Under the pieces are notes generated by a model. That model ran no database searches, had not been told where the DNA came from, and saw only the letters and a program-made list of their open reading frames with translations. Below, in pieces: positions 1 to 12,936 of a stretch of DNA of 64,000 nt. The first letter of the stretch is position 1. Each line of letters starts with the position of its first letter. The position numbers and the translations under genes were made by a program. The stretch is taken from positions 20,274,001-20,338,000 of the forward strand of contig NC_043005.1 in the NCBI RefSeq assembly GCF_006345805.1, written 5' to 3'. The DNA is from Octopus sinensis. Its lineage: Eukaryota.

Positions 1-380
1 TCAGGGTGAGAGTGGAAAATGGGGAGAGTTATATTTTTATAAACAACCTAATTATTTTTTTATCTAAAACAAGACTATTTTTTCATAGAGATTCAGGTAA
101 ATATTGTGATATTGTGTAAAATTGGTTTAATTCATTGGTTGATCAGAAACATGAGAAGTTTTTGGCAAAATTACAGATGATTCATTGAACATATTTCACT
201 TCACATGCTTTTTTTAATGATAAGGTAGACGCAAACATGTGGGTGTATATATGTGAGTGTATACATACATATATACATGTACACATACATGAATACATAC
301 AAACATACAGATACATATACACATACAAATAAATTATATAGAGATACATACAATAATAATTTTATATATATTTATGTATG

Positions 381-382
<2 letters not shown>

Positions 383-443
<61 letters not shown>
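383..443. repeat. (TA)n microsatellite, representative of many
   Basis: Further (TA)n at 36428, 41158, 42366 and 63507; (TACA)n 54900-55010; (TG)n 63540-63598; (CAT)n 2960-2992. Confidence 0.95.
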
Positions 444-447
<4 letters not shown>

Positions 448-525
448 AACCTGAATAAAAAGCAATATAGACATTGTTTCTTTCTCGCATATATTACAGA
501 GGTAAAAGCATTTACCATCACCATC

Positions 526-538
526 ATGAAGCTTTTTG
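526..538 (+). CDS. Secreted protein coding exon 1 (ATG AAG CTT TTT G); exon 500-538 includes 5' UTR
   Basis: Acceptor tattacAG at 498-499; strong donor G|GTAAGT at 539; phase 1 joins TG of the next exon to give Val. A probable upstream non-coding exon ends at 96 (CAG|GTAAAT). Confidence 0.65.
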
Positions 539-3500
539 GTAAGTAAACATTAAGCTTCCCTGTTATACTTCTGGTCCTTTCAGATGTTGTTCATGCACTA
601 TTTCTGGAAATTTTGAGTTTGCTTGTAGCTGAGGACTATTTGTTGTTGGTTACTTGTTTATTGACATAATCTATTTCATCAAAATTAGTCTGCAAGTGAG
701 AAGCTTGTGGTCTAAAATCATATTCACATATAATAGCAATTCTGATCCAATTTCTAGTCTTTCTTTATTCTATCAATAGCATCTTTTCCTTCTCTAACAA
801 CACCTCTACATCTTTTCTGATAAAAAAAAAATCCAAACTGGGATGCTTTTACAAATTAAAATTGAAAACAATAGAAATAAATATAATGGTAATTTTATTT
901 TAGCTAAATAACTTGAATGAAATATGAACTGAAATTTTAAAATAAATAATTTTGAAACTAAAAGAAAAATTAAACATTAGACTTCAAATTTTATTGGATT
1001 TCAGTTTCAGTTTGATTTTCAAGTTCACACAAAAAGTTTTTGTAAATTTTTACTATACCCCTACCAATTTTTGATTTTTAAAAATATTTTCTCTCATTTT
1101 GAAAAACCTCAAAATATAAAATATAAAACCTTAAACTTTCACTCTATATAACATTATATACATGACAGAACTTTTCCAGGATAAGTCAATTTTTTCCGTC
1201 TGTGATGACTGAATTCAGCTCATCAATATTGCAAGGCAGCTTCTAGTTGAAATACTGCATACTTAAAAATCAGTGAAAAGTGCCATTTAGTAGTGCTTAC
1301 TTATAGCTAGGTCAACAGTACCACTAAGTAAGATGAACTTGCTACTAGATGCATTTTCTATGATCAACAAAGATTGCATTTGAAGTGAATTTGAGTGGGG
1401 TCTGCATCTTGTAGCAGAGCTGTCTTAGAAATACCTGTAGTAGGGTTGTTTTAAAGGGAATGCCTCTGGGCAAACCAATGCACTTGTATCCGTACATTAA
1501 CAAGCTACATGTATGATGGATGGAAGCACTCCGTCGGCCACGACGACGAGGGTTCCGGTTGATCCGAATCAATGGAACAGCCTGCTCGTGAAATTAACGT
1601 GTAAGTGGCTGAACACTCCACAGACACGTGCACCCTTAACGTAGTTCTCGAGGATATTCAGCGTGACACAGAGAGTGACAAGGCCGGCCCTTTGAAATAC
1701 AGGTACAACAGAAACAGGAAGTAAGAGTGAGAGAAAGTTGTGGTGAAAGAGTACAGCAGGGATCACCACCATCCCCTGCCAGAGCCTCGTGGAGCTTTAG
1801 GTGTTTTCGCTCAATAAACACTCACAACGCCCGGTCTGTGAATCGAAACCGCGATCCTATGACCGCGAGTCCACTGCCCTAACCACTGGGCCATTGCGCC
1901 TCCACACATGTATGATACAGTATACATCATGCACATGCTGTTAGTAATTACTCAGGGTGGGCAGTTGGTGATGTTTATGTAGTAAAACACACAGAAAAAT
2001 AAACGAAACACAGGAACACAACTGAGTTGTAGGCAGATCTACTTCTGCCTTTATAGCATGTAAAGAAAACGTTGTTGTAGGAATGTACGCAGCACGTGTG
2101 CTACAGCAGTTCTATGCATAGCTTTAATACTGGGATTGAAAGGCAGGGGCATATTATGCCTACCTAATTTACAAAAAAAGAAAATATTTTGTACTCTATG
2201 CATAGTAATCAGAGAAACCTTCATAATTCTATTGAATTAGGTGCATATTTTGCCATAAAAGAAAAATATTACTATTGATCTATTTTATTCAGGGTAGGCA
2301 CAGCCTATCTTGCCTACCCAGGCAGCATATCTCTGGTATACATAGATTAGTATCAGCTTACAAAACCTGTGAAACTCATAGATAACTGCTTCATGTGCCC
2401 ATGTCTTAAAATGGCACTGCTTTGCAGTACCTCTCTCTTACTTATGAGTACCTTAGGCTACTAATGACAAAACAATTTAAGAACATTTAAAAAAAATTTT
2501 AAGTATAAAAAAAAAGAATTAAAAAAGAAAGTTAAGTTGACCTAGAAGTGATTCTCTCCCCTTAATGGTAAATTCACCAGAAGTAAAGCACATTCTGTAT
2601 TTATGTAGGTATATCATCATCATCATTGTTTATCGTCTGTTTTCCATACTGACATGAGTTGGATGGTTCGACTGGGGCCAGAGAAATCAGATGGCTGCAC
2701 CAGGCCCCAATCTGATCTGGCATTGTTTCTACAGCTGGATGCCCTTCCTAACGCCGACCACTCCGAGAGTGTAGCAGGTGCTTTTTACGTGCCACTGGCA
2801 CAGGGAGCTGGCATCAGCCATGATCAGATGGTGCTTTTTATGTGCCACCACCACGGAAACCAGTCAAGGCGGCACTGGCATCAGCCACATTCAGATGGTG
2901 CCTTTTGTATTAAAGAATCTTCAAAGTAAAGTTCAGTAATCACAGAGGACTTCTTGAATCATCATCACCATCATCATCATCATCATCATCATCGTTTAAC
3001 GTCCGTTTTCCATGCTAGCATGGGTTGGATGGTTCAACTGGGGTCTGGGAAGCCAGAAGGCTGCGCCAGGCTCAGTCTCATCTGGCAGTGTTTCTACGGC
3101 AGGATGCCCTTCCTAACGTCAACCACTCTGTGAGTGTAGTGGGTGCTTTTTATGTGCCACCTGCACAGGTGCCAGACGAGGCTGGCAAATGGCCACGATC
3201 GGATGGTGCTTTTTACGTGCCAGACGAGGCTGGCCACGGCCACAATCAGATGGTGCATTTTATGTGCCACCAGCACGGCGGCCAGTCGGGGCGGTGCTGG
3301 CAACGGCCACGTTTGGATGGTTCTCTTACGTGCCATTACCTGAGTTGAATATTATACTCCACCATTCATTCTTCTATGTTTGTATTTCTGTTTGTGTCAC
3401 AATGGTTTTGGTATTTTGTTTAAAGCTAAAATTACCTTTTAAATTTTTCAGTCCACAGTTAGTGCATGTAGACATAAAATATCAAATAAAATTTTGCATT

Positions 3501-6500
3501 TCTATTTTTATTCTGCATCTTATTAACCCTTTTCGTACCAGCCTGTTTGAGTCTGTCCCTGATTCTTGTAGAAACTTTGTTTGAAAGTGATCTAAATTAA
3601 AATCTTCCATCAAAATTTCTTGTTAATCTATACTACATGACCAGCTTAATAATGGTGATGTTATTTTACTAAATTCTTCAATATTTTGAAGATTAATTGA
3701 AACAAAGACAATACATTATACAGAAATATCATGATAAACAAGTAAAGTTCCCTATCCTATTCATTCTTATTCTTTGTAGTTTTGCCTAATACTTTCTCGT
3801 GCTATACTTTATTAACTTTCACATATTTTCTGAATCAATCTTATACTTTTCTATGTTTTCTGATACATTTTTTAATTCTTTCCTATACTTTCTTATTTTT
3901 TTCTATAATTTCTTGTACTTTTTATGTTTCTAAACTATTGTAATCTTTCATACACTTTAGCTTACTTTTTAATACTCTCCTATATCACCCTGTTCTTTTT
4001 ATACTTCTTACTATGCTGTCTAATACTTTCCCATACTTCCTTATACATTTCCATGCTTTTTATATGAATCTTAATCAAACTCAGCTGCAAAGTAAAGATG
4101 ATATTTTTTCTTTCTTTTTTTCTTCTTTTTTTTACTCTTCTTTGGTTTTCAGTGTTCCTCATTTGTTCTATGTGTTCCATGGTGTTGTTCCACCACGTTG
4201 ATGCTACAAGCTATCAGTTTGACATAAGACAATCTCTGGCAACAATCGACCTATTGCTCAAGGCTGGTCTGAGTACCTTAAAAGTGCATGTGAGCAGCCT
4301 TTTTCAATCAACAAGTGGAAAGGTAAGAACAAGAAGAGATATTTCTAAGCAAACAGCCACATCATATTGATCATCTTTGTCAACATCATCATCAATGTTT
4401 CTTGATATAGGTACTAAGAAACTATTCAACTAGAGGGGAAACAATAGGAAAAAAAAATATGTGATTTGAATGATACAATTCTCTATATCAGTAAAAAGTT
4501 TGTCTTCACTCTGAAATAGGAATAAAAAGTTTGTCACTCTTTCTGACAAAGTGGGATTGTTGGTTAGGAATAGGACCTAGTAAGTAGTAGAATTATGTTG
4601 GTTTCACACTTATCAAGAACAAAGTCACCAGTCTGAATGGATAACTGTCCTCAGTGAAACACATCTAAATGTTTAGCTGTGTAAAGAAGTACTGAGCTTT
4701 ATCTGTGAACATGTAGAAGAGATAGACCCTGGAAGACATGGCATGAAGTGATGAAGCATGATCTTTGAACGTTGGGCTTCATGGAGGCAATGACTAGAGA
4801 CTGAGACCATTGGTGATATGCAGTACTTAAGAAGACCTGTAAAACCAAGTGAAATCATAGTCATGGTTGATGCTGATGTCATGCAACTGGCATTCTTGCT
4901 AGTGGCATATAAAAAGTACAGAGGCAATGTGGGCAATGCTGGTGTTATGTAAAAAGCACCTTTCAAGCATTGGGCCTAACTGAGGCAATGACAAATGACT
5001 GAGACCTTTTGGCAATATGCTATGCTTGAGTAGAAGACCCATCAAGCCAAGGGAAATTGTAGTCGTGGCAGATACTGGTGTCATGCAAGTGGCACCTGTG
5101 CCAGTGGAATGTAATAGCACCCATTACACTCTCAGACTAGTTGGCATTAGGAAGGGCATCCAGTCATAGAAACCACGTCAAATCAGACTAGAGTCTGTGC
5201 AGCCCCTCAGCTTGTCAGCTCAGGTCAAACCGTCCAACCCATGCCAGCAGGGACAATGGACATTAAATGATGACGATGTTTTTTTGTATCTGTGATCATC
5301 ATCATCATCATCATTGGTCAATAGTTGATAATGAATGTTACCATCATACAAGTACTGTCTTTCCCTTCCAATCTTCTGCAAAAATAGGTTTGGTTATAGG
5401 GAAATATTACCATGCTTGGAAACAGGTGAGGATTGGCGACAGGAAGGGCACCTGGCTATAGAAAATCTGCCTTGATGAACTCTGACTCATGCGAGCTTGG
5501 AGAAATGGATGTCAGAATGATGGTGCTGATATGTGCACGTTTCCAGCAACCAAATTCCATTCACAAAACACTGGTCAATCCAAGGTTATAGTAAAAGACC
5601 TTTTATTTAATGTGATATGCAATAGCATAGGACCTAGAACCACATGGTTGAACTGAAAACTTCTTCACTATTGGTTGTAATGGGGTGAAATGCAGTAATG
5701 GTGGTATTGAAATCAGTATTAGTAGTAACAAGAGATTACAAATCAACTTGGTTAATCCAAGTGATAACCAATAAAAAAAAGTTTTATATTTAGTATCTAG
5801 AATTCTTTTCTACTCTAGGCACAAGGCCCAAAATTTTGGGGGAGGGGACCAGTTGAGTAGATCAACTCCAGTGTGCAAGTGGTACTTAATTTATTGACAC
5901 TGAAAGGATGAAAGGCAAAGTTGACCTCAGTAGAATTTGAACTCAGAATGTAAAGACAAGCAAAATACCGCTATGCATTTCGCCAGGCATGCTAATGTTT
6001 CTGCCAGCTTGCCACGTTAATAAAGTATCTAGAACTGAGATACTAAATATAAACTAAATGTAAAACTAGATTTGAGATGATTTCATCCTATAGTCTTTTA
6101 AGCCTCTTGGATTGAATAGGTGGTAGACTGGGAGAATCCTTAACACACCAAGCCTGTGAAATTAGTTATCTCCCTTACTATTCTGAGTCGAAATACCTCT
6201 AAGGTCAATTTTGATCTATATCGTTTCTGAAGTCAAAATATAGTTGCACTCAAGCATTGAGATTAATTTAATGTACCTGTAAAGCATCCTGGATGTAAAT
6301 GGAATTATAACAGAAGACTAAAATTAACCAATATTCTAATTATCTTTCCAATTTAATACATTGGAAACAGCTATTTAACTACAATATGTTTATATTTAAC
6401 GTGAAGGCACGTGGTTTAGTGGTTCAGGCATTCGGCTCACAATTGTAAGGTTGTGAGTTCAATTCCTGGTGACACATTGTGTCCTTGAGCAAGACACTTT

Positions 6501-8482
6501 ATTTTACATTGCTCCAGTCCACTCAGCTGGCAAAAATGAGTTGTACCTGTATTTCAGAAGTCTAACCTTGTCACACTCTGTGTCATGATGAATCTCCTTG
6601 AGAACTACATTAAGAGTACACGTGTCTGTGGAGTGCTCAGCCACTTGCACATTAATTTCATGAGCAAGCTGTTCCGTTGATCATATCAGCTAGGACCCTC
6701 GCCATAGTAACTGATGGAGTACTCCTATTGTATTTAGTAAGTTCTAAGTTAATATTTGATGAACATGTTTACATTTTACAAGTTATGTTAAATAATTTCT
6801 CATTATTATTCTTATAATGAACAGATTCCAATTGATGGCACTCCACTTATCATGAATTACTTTGCTCATGATTGTGATATACATATAGGAAGAAAGAGAA
6901 TGTTGCGTAAGTTTATGGTTTTGCTTTCTTTTTTCTTCTTGTTGCTATTGTTGTGTAATCCCAGACCACCCTTGCTCAACCAAAGCTATGGTTTACAGAT
7001 AGTTGGTCAAAATCTAGGCATGACTCAGATCAGTTTTCCCAATTATTTTGTCAACCACAGTGTACACTCCAGCAAGCGTCTTATGAATTACATGCATGAC
7101 AGATTAAACATATTGCACTCTCTCCATTGAGCAATCTATTTCTGTACATCTGCAGATTCTAGTGGTAGCTACAGTGGAAGCAAAAAAAAAAAAAGACTTG
7201 AGGAGAAGGCTGCTGCCTCTTAGCACTTACCAAAGTCTTTTTTTTTTTTGGAAGTTTTACAGTTTATTTTGAATAAAGTAGTAGCTCTGTTGTATTCCGA
7301 TGGCATCTGCCATGGGAAAGAAATATTTCAGTGATGAAACTTCATCATATAAGTTGTGATCATCTTGTCCTCTTTCCTACCATGTTATTTTCAAGATTTT
7401 TCTATCCAATATATTTTTTGATTTTAAAAGCATTAAGGTCAAATAAGTGCAAAGAGATCCTTTTATTTGGTTATATTTTGGTAGTGGTGAGGATCAAATG
7501 TAACATCATTTAGGAAGGGTAGCCAACCAAGTTAATAAAGTGCTAACCAACCTGAAAGGGCTTGAGGTCCTTTCTTATAGCTAATATTATCTCATATGCA
7601 TAACATGAAGAGGCTATTTATCATGCTCAAACATTTAAAATAGTGGACTTAACAATTACACTGGCTATTCACTTGATAGGCAAGCCTTTACTGACCAATA
7701 TTTGACAATGCATAGATGTGCTGTGTCTTTCTATCTGCCTCATCTTTCTCTCTTTTCCTTCCCACACTCTCTTTGAAGAATAGGACAGAACCGGCACAGA
7801 AATAGGAAGACCATTGTTCAAATTAGAACTCAATATATATGTTGGGTATAATGGATATATTTATATTCACACTAAAGAGCTCAGTCTGTTTCTCAGGATC
7901 TAGTGATCACAGCCAGACTCACATCAACAGGGGTAAATAATTTATGTGTGTATGGAGTGTTTAGTGGAGAGTTGAAAGTTCATGGGGTCGCCAAGCATGA
8001 CTGGTGCTGCATATACTCGTGTATGTCTGTATGTAAATTTTCATTTTTTTTTATTTGGGGCAGGGGTCTCGTATAAGTGGTTTATGGTCAGTTTCATTAT
8101 GTGAGTGCATGCAAGGGAGCATTAGTGTCCATGCAAGTGTTTGCAGATAAGTTTGGATGTTTGGATGTGTGTGTATTTTTGTGCGTAAGATTTTTTTAAC
8201 GCCATTTGCGTGTACTGTTCTGTCATCATTTAAAAAGACCAAACTTTAATTTATAGTGGTAGTGATGATGATGATGATTATACCAATCTTCTTTTAATTT
8301 ATTTTTTTTTTTATACAGTTGACAAAATAATTTCCTGTGAAGCAGAAGTTACTGAGGCTGTTACGAAAACTTCAAACACATGTGTGGCATCATCTCAGAC
8401 AGAGGCAGTCCAATGTGCAGTAAAAAAGATCCTTGAGAAAATTAAGTCAGATGCTGAAAAGGATAAAAACTCTACATACTGA
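526..8482 (+). CDS. Uncharacterised secreted protein, 142 aa; join(526..538,4153..4322,6825..6906,8319..8482)
   Basis: Four exons with canonical AG/GT sites and matching phases (1,0,1) total 429 nt with no internal stop: [145 protein letters not shown] context is atcATG; AATAAA lies near 8562. No family recognised. Confidence 0.75.
1514..1906 (-). mobile_element. tRNA-derived SINE (octopus OR/OK-like), young copy
   Basis: tRNA-like head GGCGCAATGGCCCAGTGGTTAGGGCAG...GGTTTCGATTC with A/B boxes; CpG-rich; a diverged + strand relative lies at 6400-6725. Confidence 0.8.
2620..3345 (-). mobile_element. Two SINE/RTE-tail elements with (GAT)n tail and internal minisatellite
   Basis: (CAT)n-gtttaacgtccgttttccatgctagcatgggttgga...ggatgcccttcctaacg core; repeated ggtgctttttacgtgccac units. 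Confidence 0.8.
4153..4322 (+). CDS. Secreted protein coding exon 2
   Basis: Long polypyrimidine tract plus ttttcAG; donor AAG|GTAAGA; only one frame is open across the exon (FLICSM...STSGK). Confidence 0.8.
4640..5275 (+). mobile_element. SINE/RTE-tail element with a duplicated body
   Basis: gttggcattaggaagggcatccag...ccgtccaacccatgccagc...gatgacgatg 3' end; internal block repeated twice; a minus-strand relative lies at 62340-62890. Confidence 0.7.
6400..6725 (+). mobile_element. Older tRNA-derived SINE of the same family as 1514-1906
   Basis: Shares the body gtcacactctgtgtca...gagaactac.ttaag.gtacacgtgtctgtggagtg.tcagccactt with the 1514 copy. Confidence 0.7.
6825..6906 (+). CDS. Secreted protein coding exon 3
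   Basis: aacAG acceptor, C|GTAAGT donor, phase 0 to phase 1, [27 protein letters not shown]; bridges exons 2 and 4 in frame. Confidence 0.75.
8319..8482 (+). CDS. Secreted protein terminal coding exon 4
   Basis: Poly-T tract plus tacAG acceptor, open frame to TGA at 8480-8482, downstream AATAAA. Confidence 0.8.
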
Positions 8483-11378
8483 TTTACAAGCATTGCTTTG
8501 ATTTCTTTTTGCATATTACGTCCTTTTCCACCCTGGTTTTTTTAAAAATAATATTTCCCTTTGAATAAACAGATGAAATATTTTGATTATTACTGTTTCT
8601 AATTTATAAATTGTAATTACAAAATGTTTTCTTTATTTGTCCGTTTACTCTTTTACCTTCTAATTTTCTTTAAAAATTTATCTTTTGGTGAAGTCATAGA
8701 AGTATTGTCATGACATATTGGGTGGCCTGGACATTTAAACAAAGCAGAGACCATCTCTTTCCATGTCTGAATACAGCCGGTTTTCTCTGTATGCATGTGT
8801 GTGTGAGAGAGAGGAGGACCAACCCTAGTATTTGACTGATATTTTATCAACCTCAAAAAGATGTAAGGCAATATTAATCTTGGCTGTATGTGAACTCAGA
8901 ATGTAGAGAGCCAGAACAAATGCACAAAGCATCTTGGAACACAGAGAGATTTATGATCAAAGACAATTTCAGTTATATGAATAGAATCTTTCCTTCTGAA
9001 ATAATGTACTTTGAATAACATCATCCAATGAATACACTTACAGTGAATTAACTGGTCTTTAGGAGTGAAAAACTGCTTTGGATGCTTGTCCCTCAGGGAA
9101 TATGACATTTTGTTTCTCTCTGAAGAGCAAAATCTGAAACACTAGATTTCATTTCCTCTTGGCAAATTAACTCATTTTCATGTTCATTCATCTTCAAACT
9201 TTTAGGGATTAACTTTTTGCTGGTACAGATCAACACAGGTTTCTTCGTGTTTTGAATCTTACTAAAAGCTTGAGGGCAACTTGAATATTATTTTTATCAT
9301 GGATTATATAACACAAATATTAAGAGAAAAACTGGGCATGAAAGAAATCAAATGTAGTATGCAAGAAAGATGACTGAAATGGTATAAATGTAATGTGTAT
9401 AGATGAGGACAGCTGTACAAAGAAGTATCAATCACATAAGGTAGATGGAGTTTGCATAAGAGAAAGGCCCAGAAAGACACGTAAAGAAGTGGTAAAGGCT
9501 GATCAAGGACATTGAACCTCATTGAGGAGAATACAAAGTATCAAGATGACAGAAATATGCAGTTCTCAAGAAAATTCACCCATCTTGCCAAAACATAGAT
9601 TCTGGAAACACAATGTATGTGTGTATGTGCACAACTGAGCCCCTCGCCCAATTTCCTCCTCAAGACCTTCCCATCATCTGTCATCTATCATCTGCAATAT
9701 TCTACTATTGTAGTTATATATGAGCAGAATTGCATACTTCATCACCTTTTCCCTGATACAACTTTTCTTTCACACTATCCAGAATCATTTCACTTAATAT
9801 CCATCCTCCATCCTTAATATTGTTATCTCCATCCACATTTCAAATTGATTACTCTTCTGATCCACCAAATGATTGCTCTCTCATTACCATACATCTCTCA
9901 CTCTCTCCATTCACTACGCCTGCCTATTGTAACTTCACTCAGCCACATACTCTATGTCACACTCTCTTTCTCTCATCCTTCCCCTATCTACTGTATCATT
10001 ATTATGGTTCTGCTGCTCTTTACCTCCTACTTGTTCTACAGTTGTCTCCTACTCTCCTCTACTTCCTCCAACTTGTAGTATGTATCATTGATCACTCTTT
10101 ATCCACCATTCACTCTATGCATCTCTCACCCCTACCCAATTTCTACAGCTATCACCTACTCTGCCCTACTTATCAACCCTCAACAGTTGTTCTTCATCAT
10201 ATTCAGAGTCACCCATTTCCCATCTTTCACTCTCCTATGTGCTCTTGAAACCTATACCCACTCACACTCCATTCTCCTGCTCCCACTCAGTTCCGTTCAG
10301 CTTTTGTCTTAAGGGTCCACTCTGACACATCATCACTACTATCTTTATCTCTTTCCAGCTGCACTCTGCTTTCTCCTACTATCTCTTCTATGATGTAAAT
10401 AGCCATGTAGCTTCTCTATAGCAAGAAATTTGTTTATGTTCTGGCCTCTTCTCTCAACTTTAACCCCCACATTCCTCAGTATAAAGTAGCACCTCACTTA
10501 CTCAACAGAAGGAGATCGTGCAAGCTTCATGACAACCTCACTAGTTCTGGTGTCATGTAAAAACATCCACCACACTTTGTAAAATGGATGGCAGTAGAAA
10601 AGGCATTGCTTATAAATGGGAATTTTGAAACCAGGAAGGTGTTTAGAGAAATGCTTTTGGATTCTTTCAATAAAAGTCTATATTACCAATTAGATACGGA
10701 AACCAGACAATAGAATCAAAAGAAGTGAAACGTATAATACAAGTTTTATACACACAACAAAGAAATTGTATTTCTGTAATTGAAGATAAGATAATATGCA
10801 TCTGTTTGCTTTATTAACTATGTTAAACACATTCTTATTAGATTAAAGATTGCCACCAGCAATAACTTCCAGGTACCTTGTATTTTTTTACAAAAGCAAT
10901 GAAATCAACTGAGGGACAAAAGTGGTTTTGATATAAAAGTAACAGCAATCCATTTGTTGACAGAGAGCATCAAACTACAGTTAGCAAACTAAAGTTCAAG
11001 TGAGCTATAGTAACCTTTAAGCCATACAGCTGAAGTATTTTTACAATTCATTTGCATCTGAAGTATTTTCATAATTCATTTGTATCTAATATCATCAACA
11101 AACATACTTGAATTTACAACATTTGTTCTTGAGAGCTATATGAACTAAGGCAATAAAATGTTCTGTTAGGTATTGTTGTTGCTGTCTAGTCTTAGGTCAG
11201 CTCTGATTAAGTAGATCCATTTATGACCCTCTCAATTTACATTTATACAATATATCCTCCCATATTTTCAAAGAAAATAGGTTTGAGATTTGAACTACTT
11301 CTTGCAATTCAGTGATCCCATAGAGGGTCACTTCTTGGTTTGATAGCTATTCTGATAAGATGAACTAGAGAATAAAGT

Positions 11379-11870
11379 GGTAATACTTATCCTCACTTAA
11401 ACATGGATGTCCTATTAGAACAAACTATACTGCAGTCACTGTTATGAGAGAAACTCTCATATCGGCTCTTTGGTGCAAAATGCACTCCTGTTTATATCAC
11501 TAATGGGGAGATAAATCCCTGCTGCCTCCAGATCAGGTATTTCAACTTTGTTGGTCTTGTCAATGATAGACACTCAACCACTAGAGGCAGCAGTGATTCA
11601 TCTTCTTGCCAGCAATATATAGAATAACAGTGCCAGAGCAGGTGCTGGTGTTGTGATTAGCCAGTTAGTTTGTTATAAAATATAAGTGATAAAGGCAGTA
11701 TTAATACCAGGAGGTAATACTTATCTCCACTTAAACATGGATATTCTATTAGAACAAACTATACTGTGGTAGTTACCATGAAAGTAATTCTCATAATGGC
11801 TTCTTGGTGCAAAATGCACTCTGGTTTATATTGCTAGCAGGGAAACAAACTCTCACTACCTCCAGCACTG
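11379..11870. repeat. Diverged ~155-bp direct repeat pair (11379-11534, 11713-11867)
   Basis: Both copies begin ggtaatacttat..cacttaaacatggat..ctattagaacaaactatactg and contain ggtgcaaaatgcactc. Confidence 0.8.
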
Positions 11871-12242
11871 AGACCACCAGATCATGTGATTTCGACACTT
11901 TTTACATATATATCAAGAAAGTTGGATGTGAGTTGAAGGAGATTTGGCTGTTATTTCTATTAGGTCATGCAACTATATAGAGGCTTTCCTGATGCTGACA
12001 CTATATATGTCTATGACCAAGAGACAAAACTCTTAATAAATAGGTCCACTTAGAGCTAAGCAGTTAGGTAGTTTATAATTCATCTCAGTAAGCAGTGACA
12101 GCACTGCGAAATTAATGAATATTTTGTTGGTCCACTGTGCTGAGATTATTTCTTCTAGTTGGAAAAGTTACTTGCAATAGACCAACATCCTGTCCTGGGG
12201 AAGGTTTATCACTGGCCTGCTTAACAATATTGAGGCAAAGTA

Positions 12243-12478
12243 GGGCAGTGAGCTGGCAGAATCGTTAGCACGCCGGGTGAAATGCCTAGCGGTATTTCGT
12301 CTAGTGTTACCTTCTGAGTTCAAATTCCGCTGAGGTCGACTTTGCCTTTCATCCTTTCGAGGTCAATTAAATAAGTACCAGTTATGCACTGGAGTCGATG
12401 TAATCGACTGATACCCTTTGTCTGTCCTTGTTTGTCCCCTTCTATGTTTAGCCCCCTGTGGGCAATAAAGAAATAAAT
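12243..12478 (+). mobile_element. tRNA-derived SINE with gccttcatcctttcggggtcgataa core
   Basis: gagctggcagaatcgttagc...gagttcaaattccgc.gaggtcgactttgcctttcatcc; homologous copies at about 5800-6015(-), 8800-8930(-), 37975-38100, 38370-38540, 39140-39290(-), 47560-47720(-) and 55560-55680(-). Confidence 0.8.
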
Positions 12479-12936
12479 ATTGAGGCAAAATGGGACCACA
12501 ATAGACAGACAAACAGATAGATATGTGTGTGCGTTTATTTAATATTTTTCAGTTAAAACAATGCATCTTATAAAATAATACAGGTCATGAGTAGTTCTAT
12601 TACATAATATTTCAATGTTTAAAGATTAAGATACCTTTTGCAGGAAATTTACATTAAAAAAGGTGCTGATAGCTGATTTCTTTGCTACAGAACAGAGAAA
12701 TCAGCTATCAACATCTTTTCTCTGTTACCTTCCAGTAATATCAGATTACCATCGACCTGTATTACCAATTCTTATTACTTCATGAAAGCTCTCTCTCTCT
12801 CTCTCTCTCTAAGAGAACCGAGCTTTTTGGGGAATGAAAAATTTTTTGTGTATTCATAATCTCCGACATCTAAAATGTAGGAATCTGAAAAATGTTTTTC
12901 AAAGAAATGGATTTTTCAAGTTGAGGTACGAAACTA

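Noticed and set aside
253-546. Microsatellite-derived ORFs (also 37690, 54788, 63389, 63451) and low-complexity ORFs at 9820 and 27182
   Set aside because: The frames are open only because (TA)n, (CA)n, (TACA)n or pyrimidine-rich repeats lack stops; only the last 13 nt before the donor at 539 belong to a real CDS.
1830-1906. tRNA-like sequences (also near 50140 and 34680)
   Set aside because: These are SINE heads with imperfect cloverleaves that continue into SINE bodies, not tRNA genes.
4153-4322. Alternative frame with two in-frame TGA codons (…PPR*CYKLSV*HKT…) suggesting a selenoprotein
   Set aside because: A different frame is fully open and joins exons at 538 and 6825 in phase to give a coherent signal-peptide protein; no SECIS-like element was noticed.
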